Shown here: positions 37,792 to 46,810 of the stretch, one piece after another
Layout of the letters: each line of letters starts with the position of its first letter
Position numbering within the stretch: position 1 is the first letter of the stretch
Origin: an uncultured Treponema sp.
GTDB taxonomy: Bacteria; Spirochaetota; Spirochaetia; Treponematales; Treponemataceae
DNA length: 53,308 nucleotides
Reading direction: 5' to 3'
Assembly (NCBI GenBank): GCA_964653395.1
Contig: CAZZFL010000002.1
Span: forward strand, 1 to 53,308
Made by a program: the position numbers and the translations under genes
Notes under the pieces: model-generated
Told to the model about the DNA's origin: nothing
The model's input: the letters and a program-made list of their open reading frames with translations, nothing else
Database searches by the model: none

Positions 37792-39621
37792 TTAACTTGT
37801 CGCTGATTCCGGCGTTTTTTGCACAAGCGCGCGTTCGTGAAACTGTTCCAAATCCGCCGCGTTTTCGTACAAAACAATTTTATATGAATAACCTTGTTCC
37901 GCCAAAAATTTTTGCCTGTTCGAACCAAAGTCTTCGTCGGAAGTGCGCCGAGTTATAATCGTGAAAAATTTCGAAGCGGGCGAAAAATTTTCGTTTGGAT
38001 TGTTCAAATTTTTCGGACGCAAAATTCTTCCCAAACGCTGCGCTTCTTCCTGCCGGCTTCCGAACGCGCCCGAAAGTTCCACGGCCATCGAAGCGTCGGG
38101 CAAATCCACCGCGAAGTTTGCGACTTTTGAAACGACGATCACTCGATTTTTTCCGCTCCGAAAATCCGCGTAAATTTTTTCGCGCTCGGCGTTCGGAGTT
38201 TTTCCCGTGATGAGCGGCACTTCGAGCAGCGCGGCAATTTCCTTCAACTGATTCAAATATTGTCCGATTACCAAAATTTTGTCGGCGGAAAATTTTTCCA
38301 CCAATTCTTTTGCGACTTGAATTTTCGCAGGATTCGTGCTCGCAATTTTGTGCTTCTCACGGGGAGGGGCCACGGCGTATTCCAATTCAAGATGCCCAGG
38401 CAAATTCACGCGCAATTCAATGCACTGCGCGCTCGCGATGAATCCGCTTTTTTCCAAATCTTTCCACGGAACGTCGTAACGCTTCGGTCCCACCAAACTG
38501 AAAACGTGCCCCTGACATCCGTCCTCGCGAATCAAAGTGGCGGTGAGACCAACGCGGCGCACGGCTTGCAATTCCGCCACCACGCGAAAAACCGGCGCGG
38601 GAAGCAAATGCACTTCGTCGTAAATTATCAAGCCCCACGCCCGCTCGCGGAAAATCGAAAAATGCACGAACGCGCTTTCCTTGTCCGGCCGCCACGTCAA
38701 GATTTGATAAGTGGCAATCGTTACGGGCGCGATGTTTTTGTTTTCGCCTGTGTACTCGGCAATTTGTTCGCGCGTCAAATTCGTCTTGTCGAGCAATTCG
38801 TCAATCCATTGATGCACGGCGGTAATGTTCGTCGTGATGATGAGCGTACTCGTTTTCAGCATCGACATAATTTTCATTCCGACGATGGTTTTGCCCGAGC
38901 CGCACGGAAGCGAGATTGTGCCGAATCCCGTTCCCGGCCTTTTGTCCGCCACGATTGATTGTGCCGCTTCAATTTGATATTCGCGAATGACGAGCGGTTT
39001 TCCCGACAAAGTTTTTTCGCGCAAATTTATTTCAAGCGGCTCGCCCTCGCGCAAAGGCGCTTCGTCCTTTACCGGCCAGCCGAATTCCAAAAGTTTTTGT
39101 TTTACGATTCCTCGGTCAGTGAGCGCGAGCAAAAAGCAATTTTGTTTTTCGCAAGGCGAAAGAAATTTTTTCATCGCGGAATTATTTTGAATCTGCTTGA
39201 AAATATTTTCGTCCGCCGTTTCAAGATAAAGAAATTCTTGCACGGGAGGGGGATTTTCTTCCGAAGATTTTTCTTCGCGAATTTCTTTTTCATCGATTTG
39301 AACGAGTCGCAATTTTCCAAAACGCTCGGCAGTTTCGCAAATCCACATTTCAATGTTCTGCGGAATTTGATAGCGACTGAATTCGCGCAAAGTTTGAATT
39401 ATTTGCTGCGTGGAAATTCCCGCGCTCGCGGCGTTCCACAAAGAAAGCGGCGTGAGGCGATAAGTGTGCAGATGCTCCGGCGAGCGTTCAAGTTCGGCGA
39501 ACGGAATGAGCGCGTTGCGGCATTCTTCGGAACGAGGCGCGTGCACGTCAAGCAAAATCGTGCGATCGCTTTGTACGATTAGAGGATTTTGAAATTGTTC
39601 GATTCGCGACGCATTTTGCAC
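37792..39621 (-). CDS. xpb: XPB/Ssl2-family SF2 DNA helicase
   Basis: PLIVQSDRT, SPEHLHTY.LTPLSLWNA, LPCGSGKT, DEVH, GLTAT, QEEAQRLGRILRPK. Confidence 0.93.
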   Translation of the reverse strand: MQNASRIEQFQNPLIVQSDRTILLDVHAPRSEECRNALIPFAELERSPEHLHTYRLTPLSLWNAASAGISTQQIIQTLREFSRYQIPQNIEMWICETAERFGKLRLVQIDEKEIREEKSSEENPPPVQEFLYLETADENIFKQIQNNSAMKKFLSPCEKQNCFLLALTDRGIVKQKLLEFGWPVKDEAPLREGEPLEINLREKTLSGKPLVIREYQIEAAQSIVADKRPGTGFGTISLPCGSGKTIVGMKIMSMLKTSTLIITTNITAVHQWIDELLDKTNLTREQIAEYTGENKNIAPVTIATYQILTWRPDKESAFVHFSIFRERAWGLIIYDEVHLLPAPVFRVVAELQAVRRVGLTATLIREDGCQGHVFSLVGPKRYDVPWKDLEKSGFIASAQCIELRVNLPGHLELEYAVAPPREKHKIASTNPAKIQVAKELVEKFSADKILVIGQYLNQLKEIAALLEVPLITGKTPNAEREKIYADFRSGKNRVIVVSKVANFAVDLPDASMAVELSGAFGSRQEEAQRLGRILRPKNLNNPNENFSPASKFFTIITRRTSDEDFGSNRQKFLAEQGYSYKIVLYENAADLEQFHERALVQKTPESATS

Positions 39622-39688
39622 AACATTACATTTTATAATGAAATCGCTTTTTTTTCAATAGTTTGAAAGTTGATATTTTATGCTATGC

Positions 39689-40789
39689 TTAATTTTTAAG
39701 GAGCACATAGACGCGGTTGCGATTTGCGCCTTGCGCTTCTACAATTTCTTTTTCAGAGAGCATCGCTAAAATTTTTCGCGCGGTTTCGGTGGAAGTTTCG
39801 GCGATGGCTCGCGCTTTGGAATTCGTAATCGATTTGTTTTCAAAAAGATATTCCAAAATTTTTTCGATTTTTTCATTGCATTCGATTTGCGCATTTTTGC
39901 AAAGCCGCGCCACTTTCGGATTGTTGGGAACAAAAGCCGTTTCTTCTTTTTGATTTTTTTGCGCGGCAATTTTCTTCGGCTTTTTTTCATGCGGAATTTT
40001 TTTGGCGGAATCTTTTAGCACGACACCGTATTTGTCAAAATGCGTCGCCTTGTGGTTAAGATTGTTTTTGCCGCCGAAAATAAAATTTTCCACGAACATT
40101 TCAAGAAACTTCGCGTTTGCACGAATTTTTTTCTTTTTGTCAGAATAAGTCGAGCGCACGAGCGCGTTGCGAAAATAAACTGGATTTTGCGCCATCGTTT
40201 CGTTTGAAATTTCAAAGCCAAAATGCTCGAGATATTTTACTAAAAATATCGCAATCGTTTGCGTGTTGAATTTTTCAAACGGATGAATTTGCCACAAACT
40301 CGAAATAAATTTTGCGATGTGCTTTGCGCTTTTTTGCGGATTCAAATTTTTAAAATCGAATTCATTTTCTTGCGACAGAATTTTTTCAAGCGAATTTGAA
40401 ATTTTTTTTGTCGCAGGATAAATCAGAATTCCTCCGTCCAAAGTCCATTCTTTTTTCGCGATTTCTTTTTTGCGAAATTCGCCGGCGTCTTCCAAGATTC
40501 CGTCGAAAAGCGCGTTGTGGATTTTGCAAAGGCAATCTTGCGACAAATCGAATTCACTTTTGGGCAAAGACAAAATTGCGAACGTTCGCGCCGCCACGAG
40601 ATCCGCGTGATTTTCGCCGTCAATCTTTTCCGCTTGGGAAGCGACTTCTTCAGCTGAAATTTTTCCATCGATATTTTTTTTTGCAATTTGAATTAAATCT
40701 TCCGAAACTTCATGTCCGTCAAAAATTTGAAACGCGACTGAATTTTTCCAAAATAAAATTTTTTGATTAGCATTCATTTCATTTGCCAT
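39689..40789 (-). CDS. Fic-domain protein with degenerate active site and C-terminal winged helix
   Basis: IHNALF...AGEFRK..I.KKEW.L; WQIHPFEKFNTQT; YFRNALVR; C-terminal ITNS...GANRNRVY. Confidence 0.8.
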   Translation of the reverse strand: MANEMNANQKILFWKNSVAFQIFDGHEVSEDLIQIAKKNIDGKISAEEVASQAEKIDGENHADLVAARTFAILSLPKSEFDLSQDCLCKIHNALFDGILEDAGEFRKKEIAKKEWTLDGGILIYPATKKISNSLEKILSQENEFDFKNLNPQKSAKHIAKFISSLWQIHPFEKFNTQTIAIFLVKYLEHFGFEISNETMAQNPVYFRNALVRSTYSDKKKKIRANAKFLEMFVENFIFGGKNNLNHKATHFDKYGVVLKDSAKKIPHEKKPKKIAAQKNQKEETAFVPNNPKVARLCKNAQIECNEKIEKILEYLFENKSITNSKARAIAETSTETARKILAMLSEKEIVEAQGANRNRVYVLLKN

Positions 40790-40879
40790 TTTTTTATCCC
40801 TTATAATTTTTTGAAACTTTGTTTCGTGCTTTGTCGCAAAAGTCGTAAAATGATGGAGCGCGAAAAATCGAAGTTAAAT

Positions 40880-41344
40880 TTAGTCGCAACATTTTGACTC
40901 CGAGGCAAAGCCTTTGATGATTTTGTGCAAGTTTTGCATCAACGCTTCTCCATCGACGCTTTCAAGTTTTGCGGCGCAAATTAACTTGTCTGGATTTTCG
41001 CGGCATTTTTTTTCCAGCGACTTTCCTTTTGCCGTGAGAGAAATCATCACGCTGCGTTCGTCGGTTTTTGAGCGTTCGCGAATTACGAGATTTTTGCCAA
41101 CCATTTTTTTTAGAAGCGGAGTGAGAGTTCCTGAATCCAAAAAAATTTTTTTGCCCAAATCTTTTATCGCGATTTTATCATTTTCCCAAAGTGCCATCAG
41201 CACGACGTATTCGGTGTACGTCAAATCCAGCGGATCGAGAATGGGCTTGTATGCTTTTATGATTCCGCGCGAGCAAGCGTAAAGCGCAAAACAAAGTTGA
41301 TTGTCCAAATGAAGCAACGCGGGATCGTTTTTTTCAACTTGCAT
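40880..41344 (-). CDS. ohrR: MarR-family regulator, OhrR-like
   Basis: LDNQLCFALY redox Cys, LTYTEY, LDSGTLTPLLK, DERSV. Confidence 0.85.
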   Translation of the reverse strand: MQVEKNDPALLHLDNQLCFALYACSRGIIKAYKPILDPLDLTYTEYVVLMALWENDKIAIKDLGKKIFLDSGTLTPLLKKMVGKNLVIRERSKTDERSVMISLTAKGKSLEKKCRENPDKLICAAKLESVDGEALMQNLHKIIKGFASESKCCD

Positions 41345-41597
41345 TTTAAAATTATACAATAATTTTAAAATAAAATCAATTGCATTCAATGAAAATTCAC
41401 GAAATCGATTTTTCGTTGCCAAAATTTGACGAGGTTTGAAAATGTGATTTTTTTTAGTATTATCAAACAATGTTAAATTAACAGCGTTTGATAATAACTC
41501 GCTTCGCAACGCAAAACTTTGTTATCATTGCGAATTGTCGGAAGGCGGCGAAGCAAGTCAAAACTCGTTAGCAAATCGCAAGCCTTGTGGCGTTCTC

Positions 41598-41680
41598 GAA
41601 GCGGGGGCGTTGCGGGGAACTCCCCGCAGAGGGGGTAGGCGAAAATGCGAAGCATTGTAGCCGAGGGGGAGACTTCCCCC
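41598..41680 (+). repeat. GC-rich REP/MITE-like multi-hairpin element
   Basis: TGCGGGGA-ac-TCCCCGCA; GGGGGTAGGCG-[AATGC-gaa-GCATT]-GTAGCCG; GGGGGA-gact-TCCCCC. Confidence 0.7.
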
Positions 41681-41688
41681 GCCGCAAA

Positions 41689-43203
41689 TTATTCCAATGC
41701 GCTCAAATCCAATTTGTCGAATCCGCTCAAAAGCAATTTTGCCGTGGCTTTGATTTTTTTCAAGGAATCCGCATCCGTGCCTTCGATGTTGAGCGGCATC
41801 ACGGGATCGTGCAATGAAAGCCTGAGCAAAAGCCAGCCTTCCGCGCCGTCGGCCACCGCGCCGCCTTTGAAAGAAATGCGCACACCTTCAAAAGATTCGG
41901 GGAGAATGCAGCCGGCTTCTTGGGCGCGTTCAGTGAAACTTTTCAAAACTTGAGTTCCGTATTCTTTGAAATTTTCGTCCAAAATTTTAAATCGAATTTC
42001 TTCTTCGTTTCCGGGCGGCGGAAATTTTTCAATCAAGTCTTTTAAATTTTTTCCATTGCGTCGCGCCTGCGCCAAGGCGACGACCAACGTGATGGCGAGA
42101 TACGCGCCGTCGTCAAGATAATAATTGTCCTTGAGCGCGCCGTGCCCGCTCGTTTCCATCGCAAGCGGAACGTTCACGCCTTTTTGACAAAGTTCCTTTT
42201 GCTTGTTGATGACGTTTTTGTAGCCGCGCATGTATCGCAAATGATGCAAATCCAAAACTTGTTCCAAAAAATATGTGAGGCGATCGCTTGTAACGCTGTC
42301 GGTTACAATTGTCGCGCCTTTATTTTTCGGAGCCAAAATCGCGCTTATCAAAGCGATGATTGCGTCGCGATTCACTTCGCTTCCGTCGTCCAGCACGGCA
42401 GACATTCTGTCAACGTCCGTGTCAAAAATCAATCCCAAATCGGCGTGATTTTGCAACACGGCATTTTGGATCGCCTTCATCGCGTCCTTGTTTTCAGGAT
42501 TCGGAATGTGATTCGGAAAATGTCCGTCCGGCTCAAGAAATTGGCTTCCCTGAATGTTCGCGCCAAGCGGCTTTAAAATTTGTTCGGCGAAAAATCCGCC
42601 CGCGCCGTTTCCAGCGTCTACCACAATTTTCAAGCCGTCGAGCGGATGGTTCGTCATTCCTGTTTCCGCCATAATCGCGCCGCGCAAATGTTGCGAATAC
42701 AAAAAAAGCAAGTCGAGATTTTTTTGCGAAGAAATGTCAACGATTTTTTCATTTTTGTCGCAAGCGATTTTCAGGATTTCTGTAATGTCGTCGTGCTCAA
42801 GTCCGCCGTCTTTGTCAAAAAATTTCAATCCGTTTCTATTGAAAGGCAAGTGGCTCGCGGTAATCATAATCGAACCGTCGAATTTCGTCTGCTCAAAAAC
42901 AATCGACATAAACATCGCGGGAGTCGTGGCGAGTCCGCAACAAAAAATTTTCACGCCTTCGCTTTTCAAGCCGCCCGAAACGCCCACCAACAATTCCTGT
43001 CCGGAAAGCCGCGAATCCATTCCGATTCCCACGCGCAATTCTTCGCAAGGCTTGCCTAATTTTTTAGAAAGCCATTCGGCAAAAGCCTGCCCGATTCTGT
43101 TGCAGATTTCTGGAGTGAGATTTACGATTTCGCCTTCCACGCCGGGCAACGCCACGCCGCGCACATCGCTGCCATTTTGAAGTTTTAAAATTTCGTTCGC
43201 CAT
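41689..43203 (-). CDS. Phosphomannomutase/phosphoglucomutase
   Basis: GSDVRG, ITASHLPFNRNG, FDTDVDR, METSGH. Confidence 0.92.
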   Translation of the reverse strand: MANEILKLQNGSDVRGVALPGVEGEIVNLTPEICNRIGQAFAEWLSKKLGKPCEELRVGIGMDSRLSGQELLVGVSGGLKSEGVKIFCCGLATTPAMFMSIVFEQTKFDGSIMITASHLPFNRNGLKFFDKDGGLEHDDITEILKIACDKNEKIVDISSQKNLDLLFLYSQHLRGAIMAETGMTNHPLDGLKIVVDAGNGAGGFFAEQILKPLGANIQGSQFLEPDGHFPNHIPNPENKDAMKAIQNAVLQNHADLGLIFDTDVDRMSAVLDDGSEVNRDAIIALISAILAPKNKGATIVTDSVTSDRLTYFLEQVLDLHHLRYMRGYKNVINKQKELCQKGVNVPLAMETSGHGALKDNYYLDDGAYLAITLVVALAQARRNGKNLKDLIEKFPPPGNEEEIRFKILDENFKEYGTQVLKSFTERAQEAGCILPESFEGVRISFKGGAVADGAEGWLLLRLSLHDPVMPLNIEGTDADSLKKIKATAKLLLSGFDKLDLSALE

Positions 43204-43278
43204 TTTTTCCTTGGGAAATAAAATTTTTTGAAAACTTGAGTTTTAAAAAAATTATTTTCTAAAACTCATTATATCACG

Positions 43279-43935
43279 CTATGAAATTTTTCGCAAGATT
43301 TCCGTCGCGAATGATGAAATTTTTTCGATGCCGGCTTCGTCGCTCGGAAGCGCGAAAAGGCTTCCCGCGTCGCATTCCGGATTGTTGCGGATGACTTCTT
43401 TTTTTTGCGCCAAATAAAAATCGAGCCTTGCGAAAAATCCTTCCGCAAAATTTTCGGCGAGCGAATCCAATTCTGCGGCGGAATTTTTTTTCTGCCAAAT
43501 TGCCGAAACGAATTTGAAAAAAGCGAGCGACTGATTTTTCAATTTTGATTTTTGCTTTTGAAAAATTTCAAGGCAATTTTTGTTGAAATATTTTTCGGAA
43601 AAAACCAAAATGCAAATTTGCAAAAGCGGCTCGCGTTCGTGCGCGCGCACAAATTCTTCCGCAATGAATTTGAATTTTTTTTGCGCGTTGGCGGAATTTA
43701 TTTTTGCAAAAATTTCTTCGTCCAAAAAATTCACGCGAGAATAAAAATCGTCGGCATATTCGTACACGGCGCAAAGCATTTCTTCTTTGCCGGAAAAATA
43801 ATTGTAAAGCGAGGCTTTTTTTATTTGCAAACTTTGCGCGATGTCCGAAAGCGAAACCGCGCCCATTCCGTCTTTAAAAGCGGAAAAAAGCGCCGCCTCG
43901 ATTATCTTCGCGCGCGTGATTGATTTTCGCGACAT
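43279..43935 (-). CDS. TetR-family regulator
   Basis: TRAKIIEAA...SLSDIAQSLQIKKASLYNYFSGKEE. Confidence 0.85.
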   Translation of the reverse strand: MSRKSITRAKIIEAALFSAFKDGMGAVSLSDIAQSLQIKKASLYNYFSGKEEMLCAVYEYADDFYSRVNFLDEEIFAKINSANAQKKFKFIAEEFVRAHEREPLLQICILVFSEKYFNKNCLEIFQKQKSKLKNQSLAFFKFVSAIWQKKNSAAELDSLAENFAEGFFARLDFYLAQKKEVIRNNPECDAGSLFALPSDEAGIEKISSFATEILRKIS

Positions 43936-43937
43936 TT

Positions 43938-44885
43938 TTATTGATACCAACGAACGTAGTCGATTTGCATTTGACATTCTTGCAAATCTTTCGGAATGTC
44001 GCCGCCGAGATTTCCGCCCATCGCCACGTTCATAATTATATAAAAATCTTTGTCGAACGGCCACGCCCGAAAAGCGTCCTCGCCTTCTTCGTGCGGATTT
44101 TCATACGACGAAAACGGAACGCCGTCGTAATACCAAGTGATCGCGTCTTCCGTCCAATGAACGGCGTAAGTGTGCCATTTTTTCGAGACGTTTTTCAAAA
44201 CCGTGAATTCGCTGTGAATCGGATTTCCGCCGTAACCCGCGCGGCAATGAAGCGTGCCATAAGTTTTGTCGCCCCAAATGTTCGCCGAATATTCCATCAC
44301 GTCGATTTCGCCACTTCGAGGCCATTGACCATATTCGGATTTGTTCGGCATCATCCAAAGCGCGGGCCAGCAACCTTTTTCTTCAGGAACTTTCGCGCGG
44401 AATTCTATGTAGCCGTAAGTGAACGCTTTTTTCAAACGCGAAAGCAAGCGCGCGCTCGTCCATTTGCCGTCAATTTTTTTCGCCTTGATTGTGAGCGCGC
44501 CGTTTTTCACAAAAGAATTTTCCCTGTCCTTCGTGTAATTTTGCAATTCGGAATTTCCCCATCCATGCGCGCCCGTATTGTAATCCCAATTTTCAGAATT
44601 CACTTCGTCGCCATCTCCGTCAAATTCATCAGACCAAACGAGCGTCATCGATTTCACAAATTCCGGAGTCGTGCTTTTTTTTCCGCAAGAAAAAAACATT
44701 GCCGAAGCGAGCGCGATTAAAAAAATAAATTTTTTCTTTGAAAAAAAGTTTTTGAAAAAATTCAATTTTTCAAAAGTTTGATTTTTTCCGCGCGAACAAA
44801 AAATGCGGCAAACAGATTTTTGCAAAAAATTCGAAGTCGAAATTTGCCCGCCATTTTCGTGCCAAATTTTGATATTCATAAACAT
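43938..44885 (-). CDS. GH16 beta-1,3(4)-glucanase/laminarinase lipoprotein
   Basis: LVWSDEFDG, WGNSELQ, WPALWMM, catalytic GEIDVME, PFDKDFYIIMNVAMGG; FFSC lipobox; true start may be downstream (e.g. TTG 44765). Confidence 0.9.
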   Translation of the reverse strand: MFMNIKIWHENGGQISTSNFLQKSVCRIFCSRGKNQTFEKLNFFKNFFSKKKFIFLIALASAMFFSCGKKSTTPEFVKSMTLVWSDEFDGDGDEVNSENWDYNTGAHGWGNSELQNYTKDRENSFVKNGALTIKAKKIDGKWTSARLLSRLKKAFTYGYIEFRAKVPEEKGCWPALWMMPNKSEYGQWPRSGEIDVMEYSANIWGDKTYGTLHCRAGYGGNPIHSEFTVLKNVSKKWHTYAVHWTEDAITWYYDGVPFSSYENPHEEGEDAFRAWPFDKDFYIIMNVAMGGNLGGDIPKDLQECQMQIDYVRWYQ

Positions 44886-45052
44886 AAAATAATTATATCA
44901 CAATTTTGAAAAAAATTTTTTAAAATTGAAATCTTTGCGAAAAAAATATTTGGAATGTTTTGAAAATGTTGCGAGATAAAAATTCCGAAAATTGAATTGC
45001 GATTTTGCAAGTGCAACTAGTCAAAGAAATGGAAATTCGTTAGAATTGAATT

Positions 45053-46075
45053 ATGTCTAAAATCGTTTGTTTTGGCGAATTGATGTTGCGGCTCGCGCCC
45101 GAAGGATATGAGCGTTTCGTGCAGGCGAAAAAGCTGAATGTCGAATTCGGCGGCGCGGAAGCGAATGTCGCAATTTCGCTTGCGAATTATGGCGCGAGCT
45201 GCGCGTTCGTGACAAAACTTCCGCAAAATCAATTGGGACAAGCCGCGCTGAATTCTTTGCGCCGTTACGGAGTGGACGTTTCGTTCGTGGCGCGTGGCGG
45301 CGAACGGCTTGGAATTTATTTTTTGGAAAAAGGCGCGGCGCAGCGTTCGAGCCTTTGCATTTACGATCGCGCGCATTCTTCGTTTGCAGAATCTTCGCCG
45401 AACGATTATAATTGGGAAAAAATTTTTGCTGGTGCAAAATGGTTTCACATTACGGGCGTCACTCCCGCGCTTTCCAAAAATTGCGAATCGCTCGCTTTGG
45501 AAAGTTGCAAAGAAGCCAAACGTCTTGGACTGAAAATTTCCTGCGACTTGAATTATCGAAGCAAATTGTGGTCCACGCAAAAAGCAAAAAAAGTCATGAC
45601 GGAAATTTCAAAATATGTCGATCTTTGCATCACGAACGAGGACGACTTGAAAAATGTTTTTGGCATCAAGACAAATCACACCGACACCGATTCGGGAATC
45701 ATCGATGTGGAAGCGTACAAAAAATCAATTTTGGTCGCCGCAGAAAAATACGGATTTTCGCAAATCGCGCTCACGCTGCGTAAATCCATTTCCGCGAGCA
45801 AAAACAATTGGAGCGCGATTTTTTTTGACGGCGAAAAAATTTTCCAAAGCCGCGCATACGACATCGACATCGTGGAACGAGTCGGTTCGGGCGACGCTTT
45901 CGCGGCCGGATTGATTTTCGCGCTGAACGAAAATTTTTCGGCGCAGGACGCTTTGGAATTCGCGACGGCGGCGGGCTGCCTCAAGCACAGCGTCGAAGGC
46001 GATTTCAACATGGTGAGCGCAGAAGAAGTGCAACGCCTCGTTCATTCGTCGGGCAGCGGGCGAGTGGTTCGTTGA
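45053..46075 (+). CDS. kdgK: PfkB-family 2-keto-3-deoxygluconate kinase
   Basis: FGELMLRL, GGAEANVA, YDRAHS, DLNYRSKLW, RVGSGDAFAAG, CLKHSVEGD. Confidence 0.88.
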   Translation: MSKIVCFGELMLRLAPEGYERFVQAKKLNVEFGGAEANVAISLANYGASCAFVTKLPQNQLGQAALNSLRRYGVDVSFVARGGERLGIYFLEKGAAQRSSLCIYDRAHSSFAESSPNDYNWEKIFAGAKWFHITGVTPALSKNCESLALESCKEAKRLGLKISCDLNYRSKLWSTQKAKKVMTEISKYVDLCITNEDDLKNVFGIKTNHTDTDSGIIDVEAYKKSILVAAEKYGFSQIALTLRKSISASKNNWSAIFFDGEKIFQSRAYDIDIVERVGSGDAFAAGLIFALNENFSAQDALEFATAAGCLKHSVEGDFNMVSAEEVQRLVHSSGSGRVVR

Positions 46076-46248
46076 AATTTTAAAATGAAGTTTTGATAAA
46101 CGCGCCGCAAAAATTGTGCGGCATTTTGTCATGTCAAGTTCGCGCTTTGTCCGAACTTGCTCGATTTTACGCGCGCGTCGTACACGCGCATTTTAAAAAG
46201 GCAATCTTGATTTTGAAAAATCGCTTGCCTTTTTTATGGGAGAAAAAA

Positions 46249-46545
46249 ATGAAACAATTGACAAGTTCGCAGAGAAAAATCTTGAGTGCGGCGGCAAGCA
46301 AATTGAACGCGCTAGTGATTGTCGGACAAAACGGACTTTCCGACGGCATCGTAAAAAAATGCGCCGAGTGCCTCGAAAACCACGAATTGGTGAAAATCAA
46401 ATTCAATGAATTCAAGGACGAAAAAAAATCGCTCACCGAAGAACTCTGCCAAAAAACCGACGCGGCTTTGGTGCGAATCATCGGAAACACGGCGATTCTA
46501 TACAAAGAATCAAGCGACGAAGAAAAACGCAAGCATCTCATTTGA
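46249..46545 (+). CDS. yhbY: YhbY/CRM-domain RNA-binding protein
   Basis: LTSSQRK.L, IVGQNGL, HELVKIK, RIIGNTAILYK. Confidence 0.88.
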   Translation: MKQLTSSQRKILSAAASKLNALVIVGQNGLSDGIVKKCAECLENHELVKIKFNEFKDEKKSLTEELCQKTDAALVRIIGNTAILYKESSDEEKRKHLI

Positions 46546-46567
46546 AGTTTTAAATTCAAAATCATCA

Positions 46568-46693
46568 GGGCGCATTTCGCCCGCGCCTCAACAAGTTTCG
46601 GCGCGGTCGAAACCGGGCTTGCTCCGGGGTTCGCCGTCTTGCGCGGCTCCGTTGCCTACGGCAGCCGCTACGCGCCCTCCGCATCCCTTGCGC
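46568..46693. repeat. GC-rich multi-hairpin intergenic element (REP/MITE or ncRNA-like)
   Basis: GGGCG-cattt-CGCCC, CCGCGCC/GGCGCGG, GCGGCT...TGCC-tac-GGCA-GCCGC; sharp GC contrast with flanks. Confidence 0.6.
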
Positions 46694-46810
46694 AAAATCT
46701 CGCGAAGGCTTCAAAAAAATCGACAAACCAAATTTTGCGCCAAGAAAATTTATGCGACAATTTGGCGCATTTTCTTTGCGCAAAACAAAAACTGTGATAT
46801 AATTTTCTTT

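Noticed and set aside
46406-46810. N-terminal extension of the amylase ORF
   Set aside because: Runs through yhbY and the repeat element; promoter and signal peptide point to ATG 46811
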